64,000 nt of DNA from Deferribacterales bacterium. GTDB lineage: Bacteria; Chrysiogenota; Deferribacteres; Deferribacterales; Geovibrionaceae. The translations under genes and the position numbers were made by a program. This document shows, one piece after another, positions 27,789 to 37,695 of this stretch. The notes beneath the pieces were generated by a model that ran no database searches, was not told the DNA's origin, and worked only from the letters and a program-made list of their open reading frames with translations. Within the stretch, counting starts at the first letter, position 1. The number at the start of each line of letters is the position of its first letter. The stretch is from the NCBI GenBank assembly GCA_050251945.1, contig JBFWLW010000005.1, forward strand, positions 64,001 to 128,000, read 5' to 3'.

Positions 27789-27811
27789 TATTGATTAAAA
27801 TTTAATCAATA
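27789..27811. promoter_or_regulatory. Perfect 23-bp palindrome upstream of the Fic-like gene, putative operator
   Basis: TATTGATTAAA-A-TTTAATCAATA, 11-bp perfect arms, about 10 bp from the start codon. Confidence 0.6.
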
Positions 27812-27829
27812 GTATTACGGCTCCGCAGA

Positions 27830-28606
27830 TTATTCAAGTCCTTTCGCCTGAACCCACAGATTTTCCATTTCATCAAGCGTTGCTTCCTTGCATGAACGTC
27901 CGTTCAATTTCAGTTGTTTTTCTATATGCTTAAAACGTTTGATAAACCTATCGTTCGCCTTTCTAAGCGCTTCATCGGGGTTTACTTTGCAGAAACGGGA
28001 CATATTTATGACCGAGAAGAGAACGTCGCCTATTTCGTGTTCCATTCTGTCTCTGTCGCCATCATCGAAAGCCTCTTTGAACTCTTCAACCTCTTCGTCC
28101 AGTTTTGCCATGCAGTCTTCTGGTTTTTCCCAGTCAAAGCCGACCTTGCGGACTTTCTCCTGAATTTTGAGTGCGCGCATAATGGACGGATACGCGGCAG
28201 GAATATCGCTCAGAATAGATTCTGCCTGTTTTGCTTTTTTCTCTTCTTTTTTGATCTCGTCCCAGTTGGCCAGGACTTCGTCCGAGTCCGAAACGGATAC
28301 TGTTCCGAAAACGTGGGGGTGTCTGCGCACGAGTTTTGCGGAGACTTCGGCAAGAACCTCGTCGATATTAAACCGTTTTTCATCCTCTGCCATCACGCTG
28401 TGAAAAACAGTGTGAAACAGTACGTCGCCCAGTTCTTCGCGTATATTGGGGATGTCTTCCCTGTCAAGGGCATCCAGAAGTTCAAAAGCTTCCTCGATAA
28501 AGAGATTTTTAATTGAGAAGAGATTCTGCTCTCTGTCCCACGGACAGCCGTTTTCGCTGCGTAACGTTTTGACAATGTTTACCAGTTTTTCAAATTCTTC
28601 ACTCAT
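27830..28606 (-). CDS. mazG: Nucleoside triphosphate pyrophosphohydrolase MazG
   Basis: GCPWDREQ, EELGDVL, KLVRRHPHVF, VGFDW, EIGDVLF. Confidence 0.96.
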   Translation of the reverse strand: MSEEFEKLVNIVKTLRSENGCPWDREQNLFSIKNLFIEEAFELLDALDREDIPNIREELGDVLFHTVFHSVMAEDEKRFNIDEVLAEVSAKLVRRHPHVFGTVSVSDSDEVLANWDEIKKEEKKAKQAESILSDIPAAYPSIMRALKIQEKVRKVGFDWEKPEDCMAKLDEEVEEFKEAFDDGDRDRMEHEIGDVLFSVINMSRFCKVNPDEALRKANDRFIKRFKHIEKQLKLNGRSCKEATLDEMENLWVQAKGLE

Positions 28607-28629
28607 TTAATTGATTTCCTATCCGATAA
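28603..28629 (+). promoter_or_regulatory. Possible sigma28 (FliA) promoter for the chemoreceptor
   Basis: TCAT-N15-TCCGATAA versus consensus TAAA-N15-GCCGATAA; the -35 match is weak. Confidence 0.4.
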
Positions 28630-28700
28630 AATATACAATATTACGTTGATTCAAACATAAAAGTTACGGGGAGTTATTTAACTCAATTTTGAGGTGAAGT

Positions 28701-30992
28701 ATGCGCTTTATTAAATTAAGTATCAAGCAGTATGTTTCGATAGGGGTGTACATAGGGATACTGCTTATAACGGTGATACTTTCGGGATACGACTATCTTT
28801 CGCTCCGCGGAACTATGATAAAAGATGCCGCATCCGATATGTCGTCCATGTCTGATATTATTAACAACAGGCTCAGTGAAAAGCTGGACGATATTTCTCT
28901 TACTGTTAAATCCATTGCCGACGATCAGGAAACAGCCGGTATGCTTGCCACAGGAGACCGCGAAGGGCTTGTCGGAAAATATAAGAAATATTACGAATCG
29001 GTTAAAGATTCAGGCGTTGTCCAGTTTCAGTTCCACACGCCTCCTGCAACAAGCTTTCTTCGTCTGCACAAGGTTGATAAGTTCGGTGACGATCTTTCCG
29101 CGTTCAGAGGAACCGTTGTTCAGGCGAATAAAATGCTTAAGCCTGTTATCGGTCTTGAGGTGGGAAAGGGCGGACCCGGACTGCGTTCTGTTTTTCCCGT
29201 AATGTATCAGGGGCAGCATGTCGGCTCTGTTGAGTTCGGCGGTTCCATTGACCCCCTTGTGGATTATATGAGCAAATCGTTCAACGTATCATTCGCAGTC
29301 GGTATCAAAGACGATGTGATAGCGAAATCCGAAGGGATGGACAGACAGTCTTCCGATGTTGATAAAGACGGAATAAGGTATTACAGGAACAACCTTGAAC
29401 ATGCAGAAGAATTCGTAAACGCATATAAAGGCGACGGCATCTCTGAAATAGACGGACACAGTATTTATATCTACAACTTTGCACTTAAAGACTATAAAGG
29501 CGACGACATCGGAAATATCCTGTTCTTTAAGGATATGACCCCTCAACTTAAAAGCGCTCTGCTTGCAGCAATCAAAAAGTTCATAATCGGTTTTGTTATG
29601 GCATCCATATTTGCCGTAATACTGTACTACACTCTGCAATACTATCTGAAACTCATAGACAAGCTGGGACAGATCGCCGACGCTGTTACAACCGGCAACG
29701 GCGACCTTTCAAGACGTCTGCCCGTTAAGAAAGAGGGCAACGAGCTTGAGACAGTTTCATTTAAAATGAACAATTTCCTCGGCACTCTTGATAAAAACCT
29801 GACCAAGACCATACATACTCTGGGCGACCTGCTCTCAGGCGTTATGCCCATTTACTACGCTTTGGTGGACGTGCGCAAAGCGGCGAACCAGAACGTTGAC
29901 CTCTCCGCTACCGTTGCGGCGGCAGGAGAGGAGATGAGCGTTACAGTTGAGGAGATATCCCGCAACACCGCCGAAGTGGCGGAAAAGGGCGAAAGAACCC
30001 TTGTGATGGCACAGGAAGGCTCCGCCATAGTTCAGGAAGCGACTGAAAAGGCGGAACATGTTAAAGAAGTTGTCGCATCGCTGGCAAACGACATAAGTTC
30101 TCTTACGGAAAATGCAACTATCATTGGTTCAGTTGTTAACGTTATCAACGATATATCGGAACAGACAAACATGCTGGCTCTTAACGCCGCCATCGAAGCG
30201 GCGAGAGCGGGAGAGGCCGGCAGAGGCTTTGCCGTGGTTGCGGACGAGGTTCGCAAACTGGCGGAAAAGACACTGGCTTCCACAAACGAGATAGAGAAGA
30301 TTGTCAAAGTGATTCAGGAAAACGTCAAAAAGGCGAACGGAAACGCCAAACTTGTTGAAGAGAACATCATTGAGCAGGTTCAGGCAACTGAAAAAGCCAA
30401 CGAACGCTTTAATGAGATACTCCATTCCGTTATGGATCTGAACGCTCTGCTTCTTAACACCTCAACAGCATCCGAAGAGCAGGCGAGTGCCACTGCGGAC
30501 GTTGCGGGCAACATTGAAAAAGTTGCGGAATCTTCAAAAGAATCAAGAGACAGGGTCGAAAGCCTTATGGATGAGATCGACGCGCTCATGGACGCTTTGA
30601 GCAATATAGAAAAAGACCTTATCCAATATGAACTTTCCTGCAGTTCGCTCCTGTTCGTCAAAGCGAAAATGGCTCACGTCAAATATCTTAAAAATGTGTA
30701 TAATTCCTTTATGAAAGGCGTTGCGCCCACTAACCTGAAAGACCATGCAACCTGCGATTTCGGAAAAATGTATTACAGCAAACAGTCTCAGGCTATTTTC
30801 GGCAGCGACCCTGATTATAAGGCTATTGAGAAACCGCACATGGAAGTGCATAAGCTCTCTCACCAGATCGCCGATCTTCTGCAGAAGGGCGAACGTGAAA
30901 AAGCGCAGGACGTTCTTTATGTCATGCGCCAGAATGTGGAACACCTTATCGGGCTTCTGGATAAAATGTTTGAAAAGGCGAAATGCCTGTAA
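28701..30992 (+). CDS. Methyl-accepting chemotaxis protein (Cache sensor, HAMP, C-terminal CZB zinc-binding domain)
   Basis: Two TMs; [16 protein letters not shown]...[45 protein letters not shown]...[12 protein letters not shown]...H..VH. Confidence 0.95.
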   Translation: MRFIKLSIKQYVSIGVYIGILLITVILSGYDYLSLRGTMIKDAASDMSSMSDIINNRLSEKLDDISLTVKSIADDQETAGMLATGDREGLVGKYKKYYESVKDSGVVQFQFHTPPATSFLRLHKVDKFGDDLSAFRGTVVQANKMLKPVIGLEVGKGGPGLRSVFPVMYQGQHVGSVEFGGSIDPLVDYMSKSFNVSFAVGIKDDVIAKSEGMDRQSSDVDKDGIRYYRNNLEHAEEFVNAYKGDGISEIDGHSIYIYNFALKDYKGDDIGNILFFKDMTPQLKSALLAAIKKFIIGFVMASIFAVILYYTLQYYLKLIDKLGQIADAVTTGNGDLSRRLPVKKEGNELETVSFKMNNFLGTLDKNLTKTIHTLGDLLSGVMPIYYALVDVRKAANQNVDLSATVAAAGEEMSVTVEEISRNTAEVAEKGERTLVMAQEGSAIVQEATEKAEHVKEVVASLANDISSLTENATIIGSVVNVINDISEQTNMLALNAAIEAARAGEAGRGFAVVADEVRKLAEKTLASTNEIEKIVKVIQENVKKANGNAKLVEENIIEQVQATEKANERFNEILHSVMDLNALLLNTSTASEEQASATADVAGNIEKVAESSKESRDRVESLMDEIDALMDALSNIEKDLIQYELSCSSLLFVKAKMAHVKYLKNVYNSFMKGVAPTNLKDHATCDFGKMYYSKQSQAIFGSDPDYKAIEKPHMEVHKLSHQIADLLQKGEREKAQDVLYVMRQNVEHLIGLLDKMFEKAKCL

Positions 30993-31000
30993 GATATACG

Positions 31001-31028
31001 AAGGCGCACTTAACGGTGCGCCTTTTTT
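31001..31028 (+). terminator. Rho-independent terminator
   Basis: AAGGCGCAC/GTGCGCCTT plus T-tract. Confidence 0.85.
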
Positions 31029-31063
31029 CTTGATTTATCTGTAAAACGTGCGATTCTACTAAT

Positions 31064-31966
31064 ATGAATATCGACGAAGCATCAGCAATTTATCTTGACT
31101 TCATGCAGAACGAGAAGGGCGCCTCACGCCACACCATAGTGAACTATTCAAAAGACCTTGCAGACCTATGCACATATCTGGAAGAATCCGGCATCAGCAC
31201 TGTTGAAGATGCTGACTTTTTCATGCTTCGAGGCTTCGTTGCCATGCTTTATGAAAAAGGATTCTCCAAATCCACCGTTGAACGCAAGATAGCCTGCCTG
31301 AAATCTTTCTTTAACTTTTTGCAGAAGAAGAATAAATCCGAAGATAATCCCGCGCGGATGCTCAAATTTCCGAAAAAAGAGAAAAAAGCGTTCGACGTGT
31401 TCAATATCGACAGCATCGTGACTTTGCTCGAATTGCCTGAAAAGGATAAACCTTTCGGACTGCGCGACGCGCTTCTGCTTGAGATGATGTACGGAACCGG
31501 CGTGCGTGTAAGCGAGCTTGTGGGGCTTGGTATCAACGATATCGACTTCGGCGGTCTGCGTATCCGTGTTAAAGGAAAGGGCAAAAAAGAACGCATCGTT
31601 CCGGTCGCCGATATGCATATAGAGATGATCAGAGACTATCTGGACAAGCGCGCAGACGATTGCGGCGGGCATGTCAAAGACGGTGAAGCGCTGTTTATCA
31701 ATAAACTCGGAACAAGGCTCACAGACAGGTCGGTCAGGCGCATAGTGGAGAAATACCTCCTGCTCGCGGGGCTTCCGCTTGATTACTCCCCACACTCGTT
31801 CAGGCACACCTACGCAACGCATCTTCTGGAAGGCGGCGCAGACCTGCGCACCATTCAGACCCTTCTGGGGCATGAATCACTGTCCACAACGCAGAAATAT
31901 ACCCATCTCAACCTTTCAGAACTTCTTAAAGTGTACGACAAGACCCACCCAAAAGCCAAAAAATAG
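31064..31966 (+). CDS. xerC: Tyrosine recombinase XerC
   Basis: TGVRVSEL, GKGKKER, SPHSFRHTYATHLL, GADLR, LLGHESLSTTQKYTH, YDKTHPKA. Confidence 0.9.
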   Translation: MNIDEASAIYLDFMQNEKGASRHTIVNYSKDLADLCTYLEESGISTVEDADFFMLRGFVAMLYEKGFSKSTVERKIACLKSFFNFLQKKNKSEDNPARMLKFPKKEKKAFDVFNIDSIVTLLELPEKDKPFGLRDALLLEMMYGTGVRVSELVGLGINDIDFGGLRIRVKGKGKKERIVPVADMHIEMIRDYLDKRADDCGGHVKDGEALFINKLGTRLTDRSVRRIVEKYLLLAGLPLDYSPHSFRHTYATHLLEGGADLRTIQTLLGHESLSTTQKYTHLNLSELLKVYDKTHPKAKK

Positions 31967-32046
31967 GTGGTTGCTGTTGATATGCTTTGTAATCTAAAAT
32001 ATGATACTTCTTCAATACTTCGTGGTTCGCGAGACACACTTTTGAT

Positions 32047-32126
32047 CGTCTTCGCGAGGAGCACTAGCCGAAGGCTGAATGAGTCCACTTTAAACTATTT
32101 ATCGAATAAATCGACGCGGCGATCTC
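32047..32126. repeat. Type-A hairpin carrying the nested ~50-bp D cassette; degenerate B/A remnants at 31971-32040
   Basis: CGTCTTCGCGAG...GCGATCTC; 32059-32110 matches the reverse complement of 19269-19320 at 51/52 positions. Confidence 0.85.
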
Positions 32127-32255
32127 ATTACTATTCAGCGTCATACTTTTTGTCCGTCTTACACCTGTGTCGTTATTCTTTTGCTCCATCTTATCTACAT
32201 AAAAACTTCTAAATTTTTCCTTAATGTGTACGAATATAATGAACAGAGGTTATAT

Positions 32256-33236
32256 ATGGATGATTTTCGTATAACAATGCCGGACATCGGATTTGGTCAG
32301 TATAGCAATGCTTCATTGCGCGGGATCGGTCTGCCGGACTTACAACTTCAGAATCCCGACATGGACAAAACTGATTTTTCGTCAATAGCTGAAAGGCTTA
32401 AGTTTCAGGCAGAAGCCATGCTCGAAACGGGCGTAACTGATTCCGGTAAGCCGGTAGTTCACGGCATTGATGCGGACTATATAAATACTATAATTGAACT
32501 TGGAAAGGCCATGCCGAAAGGCGACGAGGACATTGACGATCTCTCGTGGGGATTAATAGTTAAAATGGGCATGGAAATGGGTATAGAGGATGCGGATGTT
32601 CTGAAAGAGCTGAAGATTTCAGATGTTGACACCTATTTCTACGAAGCTGTTTATAAAAAAGCGGCAATTGATGCCGGTATGAGCCGTTTTGATGAAAACG
32701 GTCAGGTTGTGGCGTATGAAAACCCGTCGGATATCTGGAAAGACATGTTTAAGACAGATGACGAAGGCAACTTCTTAAAAGATAATAACGGCAGAGCCGT
32801 CAGAAATGAAAACTTCGTCCAATATCGTATCCAGACTCAGGGCGCAAAAGTCACAGGTTACAGTACCGATGCGCCGATATGGAATTTTAAAGACTATAAA
32901 GGCAAGCTCACAGGTCTTCAAGGCGGCTTTTTACAAAACCTGCTTCTGGCTGTGGACAGCAAAGATCCGTATATGTATCGGTATGTTCGCGAGCAGGTGA
33001 CGGACAAAATGCCAACATGGTCTGCCGACACAACGGCTAAGATGAGTGAAGATGAAAAAACCGATTTCTATATCAGGCAGCTGACACATTCGTACAAACT
33101 GCTTAAATCATCAATGATCAGCTCTATGACAATACGACAACAGCTCGATGAACTGAAAGCAATGTATTCAGGCGCGCAGTGGGAAAAAGTCAAAACAGAT
33201 GGCGGAATTACGGACTATTTCATCGGAAGCAGGTAG
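32256..33236 (+). CDS. Hypothetical protein (acidic, no recognised domain)
   Basis: 326-codon ORF from ATG 32256 after GAGGT. Confidence 0.7.
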   Translation: MDDFRITMPDIGFGQYSNASLRGIGLPDLQLQNPDMDKTDFSSIAERLKFQAEAMLETGVTDSGKPVVHGIDADYINTIIELGKAMPKGDEDIDDLSWGLIVKMGMEMGIEDADVLKELKISDVDTYFYEAVYKKAAIDAGMSRFDENGQVVAYENPSDIWKDMFKTDDEGNFLKDNNGRAVRNENFVQYRIQTQGAKVTGYSTDAPIWNFKDYKGKLTGLQGGFLQNLLLAVDSKDPYMYRYVREQVTDKMPTWSADTTAKMSEDEKTDFYIRQLTHSYKLLKSSMISSMTIRQQLDELKAMYSGAQWEKVKTDGGITDYFIGSR

Positions 33237-34211
33237 TCAGTCAGCACCGCAAAACGCATTGTGCTGATCATTCTCTAAAAGCATGGTGAATTCCACACCG
33301 TCGGAACAGTTATGGAATTCAAGCTGTCCGTGCAGAAAATTCGTCATGACCGTTTTTGCCGTATAAAGCCCCAATCCTGTTCCGCTTCCGGTGTTTTTAG
33401 TGGTGAAATAGGGCAAGAATATCTTGTCTTTTATCTTTTCGTCAATGGGTTCACCGTTGTTTTTGATGCAGATTGAAATCAGGCTTGCGCTTACCGCCAC
33501 ACTGACATCTATTGTTCCTTTTGAAATGATTCTCTTTTTGAGAGCTTCGCAGACAGCTTCTCTTGCATTGTCAATTATGTTTGTAAATACATGGTTAAAT
33601 TTTACGACATCAATTATGTTTGAAGCTAAATCGTAAGAACATGCAGGGTAAGTTTCAAATGAGTCGAAAATTTCAGTTTTGTTTTGGCATGTGCAGCTGA
33701 AATGGAGATCGGTATTATTGAACTCTATTTCAGGCTGATAGAGTTTCAGCAGGTCAAATATATGATGAACAATGTTTTTCCTTGTTTCAACCCTTTCGCA
33801 GTTCAATGATGAGATAAACCTGTCAATGACTGCGGACATGTCCTGAATGGTACCCATTGCCCGTCTTCCAAACTCTTTGATATCATTGTTGCAGAGTTTG
33901 TTCAAATCGTGAAGTTCGCACAAGTCCTGCACAGAAAGAGCCAGAACGTTCAATGGCTGACGCCAGTGGTGTGAAATGGTTGTCAGAAGCTTATTTACGT
34001 CGTTTTCGCGTTTTTTAAGAAAGAGATTGTGTTCTTTTTCGCATCCATCGTTTGAATTTGAATCCAAATCAGAGGATAAATGCTCATGTCCTGCTGTTTT
34101 GCACGCAGGTACATGTTTAATGACTTCCCCCCCGTTTTCGGCTGCAAATCTGTTGAGTTCATGTGTGGATGACGATGGTATTTTAACTATAAAATAACTG
34201 TAATCAGCCAT
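33237..34211 (-). CDS. Cytoplasmic histidine kinase (HisKA + HATPase) lacking an obvious sensor
   Basis: ISHHWRQPLN H-box, NIIDNAREA N-box, KNNG, IFLPYFTTK, GTGLGLY. Confidence 0.88.
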   Translation of the reverse strand: MADYSYFIVKIPSSSTHELNRFAAENGGEVIKHVPACKTAGHEHLSSDLDSNSNDGCEKEHNLFLKKRENDVNKLLTTISHHWRQPLNVLALSVQDLCELHDLNKLCNNDIKEFGRRAMGTIQDMSAVIDRFISSLNCERVETRKNIVHHIFDLLKLYQPEIEFNNTDLHFSCTCQNKTEIFDSFETYPACSYDLASNIIDVVKFNHVFTNIIDNAREAVCEALKKRIISKGTIDVSVAVSASLISICIKNNGEPIDEKIKDKIFLPYFTTKNTGSGTGLGLYTAKTVMTNFLHGQLEFHNCSDGVEFTMLLENDQHNAFCGAD

Positions 34212-34444
34212 ATGTCACCTTATAACTGTACAATAACACCGGCAATCTGGTACGATGAATGCATCGTGACCACGCAGGAGGCATTATTGAGTTATGTAAA
34301 GATACCAATACATTACAAGATTTCATTTACGATATTAATCACACGGTCTGAATACAATTGTATATTATATAGTCAAGATTCGTCAATAGTATTATTTAGG
34401 TATATTCTATTCATTTGTGTTTATACTTAGAATATTGTCTAGTT

Positions 34445-34798
34445 ATGTGTAATAAAAATCATCATTTAGTGGAAATAGGTAAGCGCATAAAAGATGCAAG
34501 GAAGGCAAAAGGCTGGTCACAGGAGACACTTGCGGAGCATGTCAATATTCACGCTACTTATATGTCACAGATTGAAACCGGGAAGGTGAATCTTACAATT
34601 AATATACTAAAATCTATTGCGGACAATCTTGATATATCAATGAAGGATCTGGTTTCTGAATATCACGATGAGGACGAACTTCCTCAGTTTCTGAAAGATG
34701 TCAGAGCGGCGTATTTTAAGGCAAAAGAGAACGAGCGTGGCTCATATATTAAAGCTGTGCGCGGAATAATCTATGCCTTTACAAACAGACGCAAATAA
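34445..34798 (+). CDS. XRE-family helix-turn-helix regulator
   Basis: IGKRIKDARKAKGWSQETLAE...YMSQIETGKVNLT. Confidence 0.9.
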   Translation: MCNKNHHLVEIGKRIKDARKAKGWSQETLAEHVNIHATYMSQIETGKVNLTINILKSIADNLDISMKDLVSEYHDEDELPQFLKDVRAAYFKAKENERGSYIKAVRGIIYAFTNRRK

Positions 34799-34812
34799 TC
34801 CCGCACTGCCTT

Positions 34813-35439
34813 TTATTCTTTTATAAGTTCAAATTCCAATGTTTCCTTGTTGTAGTTGTAAACCTCGCCTGTGGCTATCACATAATACCAGCCGTAAATA
34901 TTAAGTTTTCCTGTCTTATACCTGTCAGCGATAAGCGGATATGAAAGGATGTTTTTCATCTGTTCAACGATGTTCACCTGTTCTGTTATCCACTCCCGTT
35001 CCTCTTCGTTGGCGTTGGGGTAGTTTTCCTCCACCTGTTCGCGTATGTTGCCTGCCTGTTCCAGCCAGTGTTCAACGTTCGGGATATCTTTGAAGTATTC
35101 CTCGTCTTTGAACAGTGCGTGGCAGCCGCCGCAGTTGGAGTGTCCGCAGATGACGATATTTTCAACGCCGAGGGTCATTACGGCAAATTCGATTGCTGCC
35201 GTGGTCGCGGCATATTCTTTTGATATACGGTATTTCGGTACGATATTTGCGATGTTGCGCACTACGAAAAGTTCGCCGGGCATCGCTTTTGTGATAAGTT
35301 CGGGAACAACTCTGGAATCGGAACAGCCGATAAACAGGGTATGCGGTTTCTGTCCATGTCCGAGGTTTCGGAAGAATTCCTTATGTTTTTCAAAGCTGCG
35401 TTCGCGGAAGCGCACAGCTCCTTTAAAAAGATTGTCCAT
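34813..35439 (-). CDS. can: Beta-class carbonic anhydrase
   Basis: GCSDSRV, GELFVVRNIAN, CGHSNCGG. Confidence 0.95.
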   Translation of the reverse strand: MDNLFKGAVRFRERSFEKHKEFFRNLGHGQKPHTLFIGCSDSRVVPELITKAMPGELFVVRNIANIVPKYRISKEYAATTAAIEFAVMTLGVENIVICGHSNCGGCHALFKDEEYFKDIPNVEHWLEQAGNIREQVEENYPNANEEEREWITEQVNIVEQMKNILSYPLIADRYKTGKLNIYGWYYVIATGEVYNYNKETLEFELIKE

Positions 35440-35450
35440 GCGGTCTCCTG

Positions 35451-35484
35451 AAAAAAAGGGTCTGTACCGTTTGGCACAGACCCT
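35451..35484 (-). terminator. Rho-independent terminator after pckA
   Basis: AGGGTCTGT/ACAGACCCT stem with an A-tract on the + strand. Confidence 0.8.
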
Positions 35485-35493
35485 GACAAATTA

Positions 35494-37083
35494 TCAGATA
35501 ACGGGGCCGCCCGCAATGATTTCCGCGGAAGTGACCGCTTCGTATTTTTTGAAGTTCTCTTTGAAGCCGCTTGCGAGTGCTTTAAGTTTTTCCATGTATT
35601 CGTCTTTGTCCTTCCAGCTTTCGATGGGGTGAAGGACGTCGGTTGGGATATCGCCAAGTGTTTTGGGGATGCCGAATCCGAATACCGGATCAGCCATGAA
35701 TTCAGAGTTGTTGATTTCGCCTGAAAGGATGGCTTTTATTATTTTACGGGTGTATTTGATCTCAAATCTTTTGCCTACTCCGTAGGGTCCGCCTGTAAGA
35801 CCGGTGTTTACAAGGTAGCAGCTTGCGCCGTGTTTAACTATCTTGTCGCCGAGAAGTTTAGCGTAAACAGAGGGGTGCCATACCATGAAGGGTTCGCCGA
35901 AACATGTGGAGAACACTGCTTTGGGCTCTGTAACGCCTTTTTCGGTACCTGCAACTCTGGCTGTGTAGCCGGAGATGAAGTGGTACATTGCCTGAGGAAC
36001 TGTCAGCTTTGATACGGGGGGGAGAACGCCGAAAGCATCGTATGTAAGGAAGATAACCACGTTGGGATGTCCGCCTTTTCCTTCAGCAACAATGTTGGGG
36101 AGTGAGTCTATGGGGTAAGACGCTCTTGTGTTCTCTGTATATTTTTCATCGTCGAGGTCGATTTTTCTGTTTTCATCCATCACAACGTTTTCAAGGATGG
36201 TGCCGAATTTCTGAGTACATGCGTAAATATCGGGTTCCTGAACGGGTGAAAGTTTGATGACTTTTGCGTAGCATCCGCCTTCGATATTGAAAACGCCTTC
36301 GTCGCTCCAACCGTGTTCGTCGTCACCGATAAGATGTCTTTCGGGGTCGGTGGAAAGAGTTGTTTTTCCTGTGCCGGACAGACCGAAGAAAAGAGCGGTG
36401 TCGCCGTCGTTGCCGATGTTGGCGGAGCAGTGCATGGACATAATGCCTTTTTTGGGAAGGATATAGTTCATAACTGTGAAGATGGATTTTTTAATTTCGC
36501 CGGCATAGCTTGTTCCGCCGATGATAACGAGTTTCTTTTTAAAGTTGAGCAGTATGAAAGCTTCGCTGTTGGTTCCGTCTTCGTCCGGATCTGCGTGGAA
36601 ACCGGGGCATCCGATGACTGTGAAATCAGCCGCGAAATCCTGAAGATTACGCTCGTCATTTTCTGTTATGAACATGTTGCGCGCGAAAAGGTTTTGCCAT
36701 GCGGAGTCGTTTATAACGCGGACTTTAAGTCTGCTGTTTTCGTCGGCGCCTGCATAACATTCCTGAACGTAAATGTCTCTGCCCTGCATGTATGCTTTAA
36801 GTTTTCCGAAAAGTCTTTCAAATTTTTCTTCGGAGATGGAGACGTTTCCTTTTCCCCAGTTAACGTCAGCCTTTGTTGTTTCTTCTTCAACGATAAACTT
36901 GTCGTTGGGTGAGCGGCCTGTGCATCTGCCGGTGAGGCATACAACAGCGCCTTTATCAGCAATTTTTCCTTCGCCGTTTTTAACAATTTCTTCATACAGT
37001 TCTGCGGCTGTCAGGTTTCTTTTTATTTCACCGAGGTTGGTGAAGCAGTATCCGTCGAGCACACATATTTCTGCTTTACTCAC
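35494..37083 (-). CDS. pckA: Phosphoenolpyruvate carboxykinase (ATP)
   Basis: TGRSPNDK, YAGEIKK, MHCSAN, GLSGTGKTT, IGDDEHGW, ENTRASYP. Confidence 0.98.
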   Translation of the reverse strand: MSKAEICVLDGYCFTNLGEIKRNLTAAELYEEIVKNGEGKIADKGAVVCLTGRCTGRSPNDKFIVEEETTKADVNWGKGNVSISEEKFERLFGKLKAYMQGRDIYVQECYAGADENSRLKVRVINDSAWQNLFARNMFITENDERNLQDFAADFTVIGCPGFHADPDEDGTNSEAFILLNFKKKLVIIGGTSYAGEIKKSIFTVMNYILPKKGIMSMHCSANIGNDGDTALFFGLSGTGKTTLSTDPERHLIGDDEHGWSDEGVFNIEGGCYAKVIKLSPVQEPDIYACTQKFGTILENVVMDENRKIDLDDEKYTENTRASYPIDSLPNIVAEGKGGHPNVVIFLTYDAFGVLPPVSKLTVPQAMYHFISGYTARVAGTEKGVTEPKAVFSTCFGEPFMVWHPSVYAKLLGDKIVKHGASCYLVNTGLTGGPYGVGKRFEIKYTRKIIKAILSGEINNSEFMADPVFGFGIPKTLGDIPTDVLHPIESWKDKDEYMEKLKALASGFKENFKKYEAVTSAEIIAGGPVI

Positions 37084-37397
37084 ATTGTCCTCCTGATGGG
37101 ATGAAAAATAGTATGGGGTTTTGCAAACGCCGCATTCTACACGATTGTCAGAAGGTGTTCAAGTGGTATTTGACATTTTTTTTATGCGGTTTTAATGCAC
37201 CAAAGTGCTTTATTATTAGTGATTTAAGTTCTAAATACGGTTATTTAATTTTTCAATATTAATAATTACCGATTATAAGTTTCCTAATAAGAGAGTGCTT
37301 TACGGTGAAATTTATCTTAAAAGGTTTTTTTGGTGTTTTGTGATTTTTTCATCAATTCTTGCATTTCGCTGAACACATCTATATAATCCCTGCTGAA

Positions 37398-37694
37398 ATG
37401 GAAATGTTCTTCATTCCTGCCGACGACAGGCACATAAAAAAAGAAAAAGAAAAAGCAAGAGAGCTGCGCCACACGCAATGGTGGAAAAACAAAGTTGCGG
37501 AAGGCGTATGTTATTATTGCGGCGAAAAATTTCCGCCGACGGAGCTTACGATGGATCATATTGTTCCTGTAGCACGCGGCGGGATGTCCACCAAAGGGAA
37601 CGTTGTTCCCGCATGCAAAGAATGTAACAACAAGAAAAAATATCTATTACCCATAGAGTGGGAAGAGTATCTGAATACTCTCAAACGGAGCTGA
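37398..37694 (+). CDS. Small HNH endonuclease-family protein
   Basis: CYYC...TMDHIVPVARGG...NVVPACKECNNKK. Confidence 0.88.
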   Translation: MEMFFIPADDRHIKKEKEKARELRHTQWWKNKVAEGVCYYCGEKFPPTELTMDHIVPVARGGMSTKGNVVPACKECNNKKKYLLPIEWEEYLNTLKRS

Positions 37695-37695
37695 T

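Noticed and set aside
27830..28606. mazG as an anti-phage or toxin-antitoxin component
   Set aside because: It is the ordinary two-domain housekeeping form, with no mazEF nearby.
31064..31966. Tyrosine recombinase as a phage or ICE integrase
   Set aside because: Size and motifs are XerC-like; no att duplication or phage genes seen.
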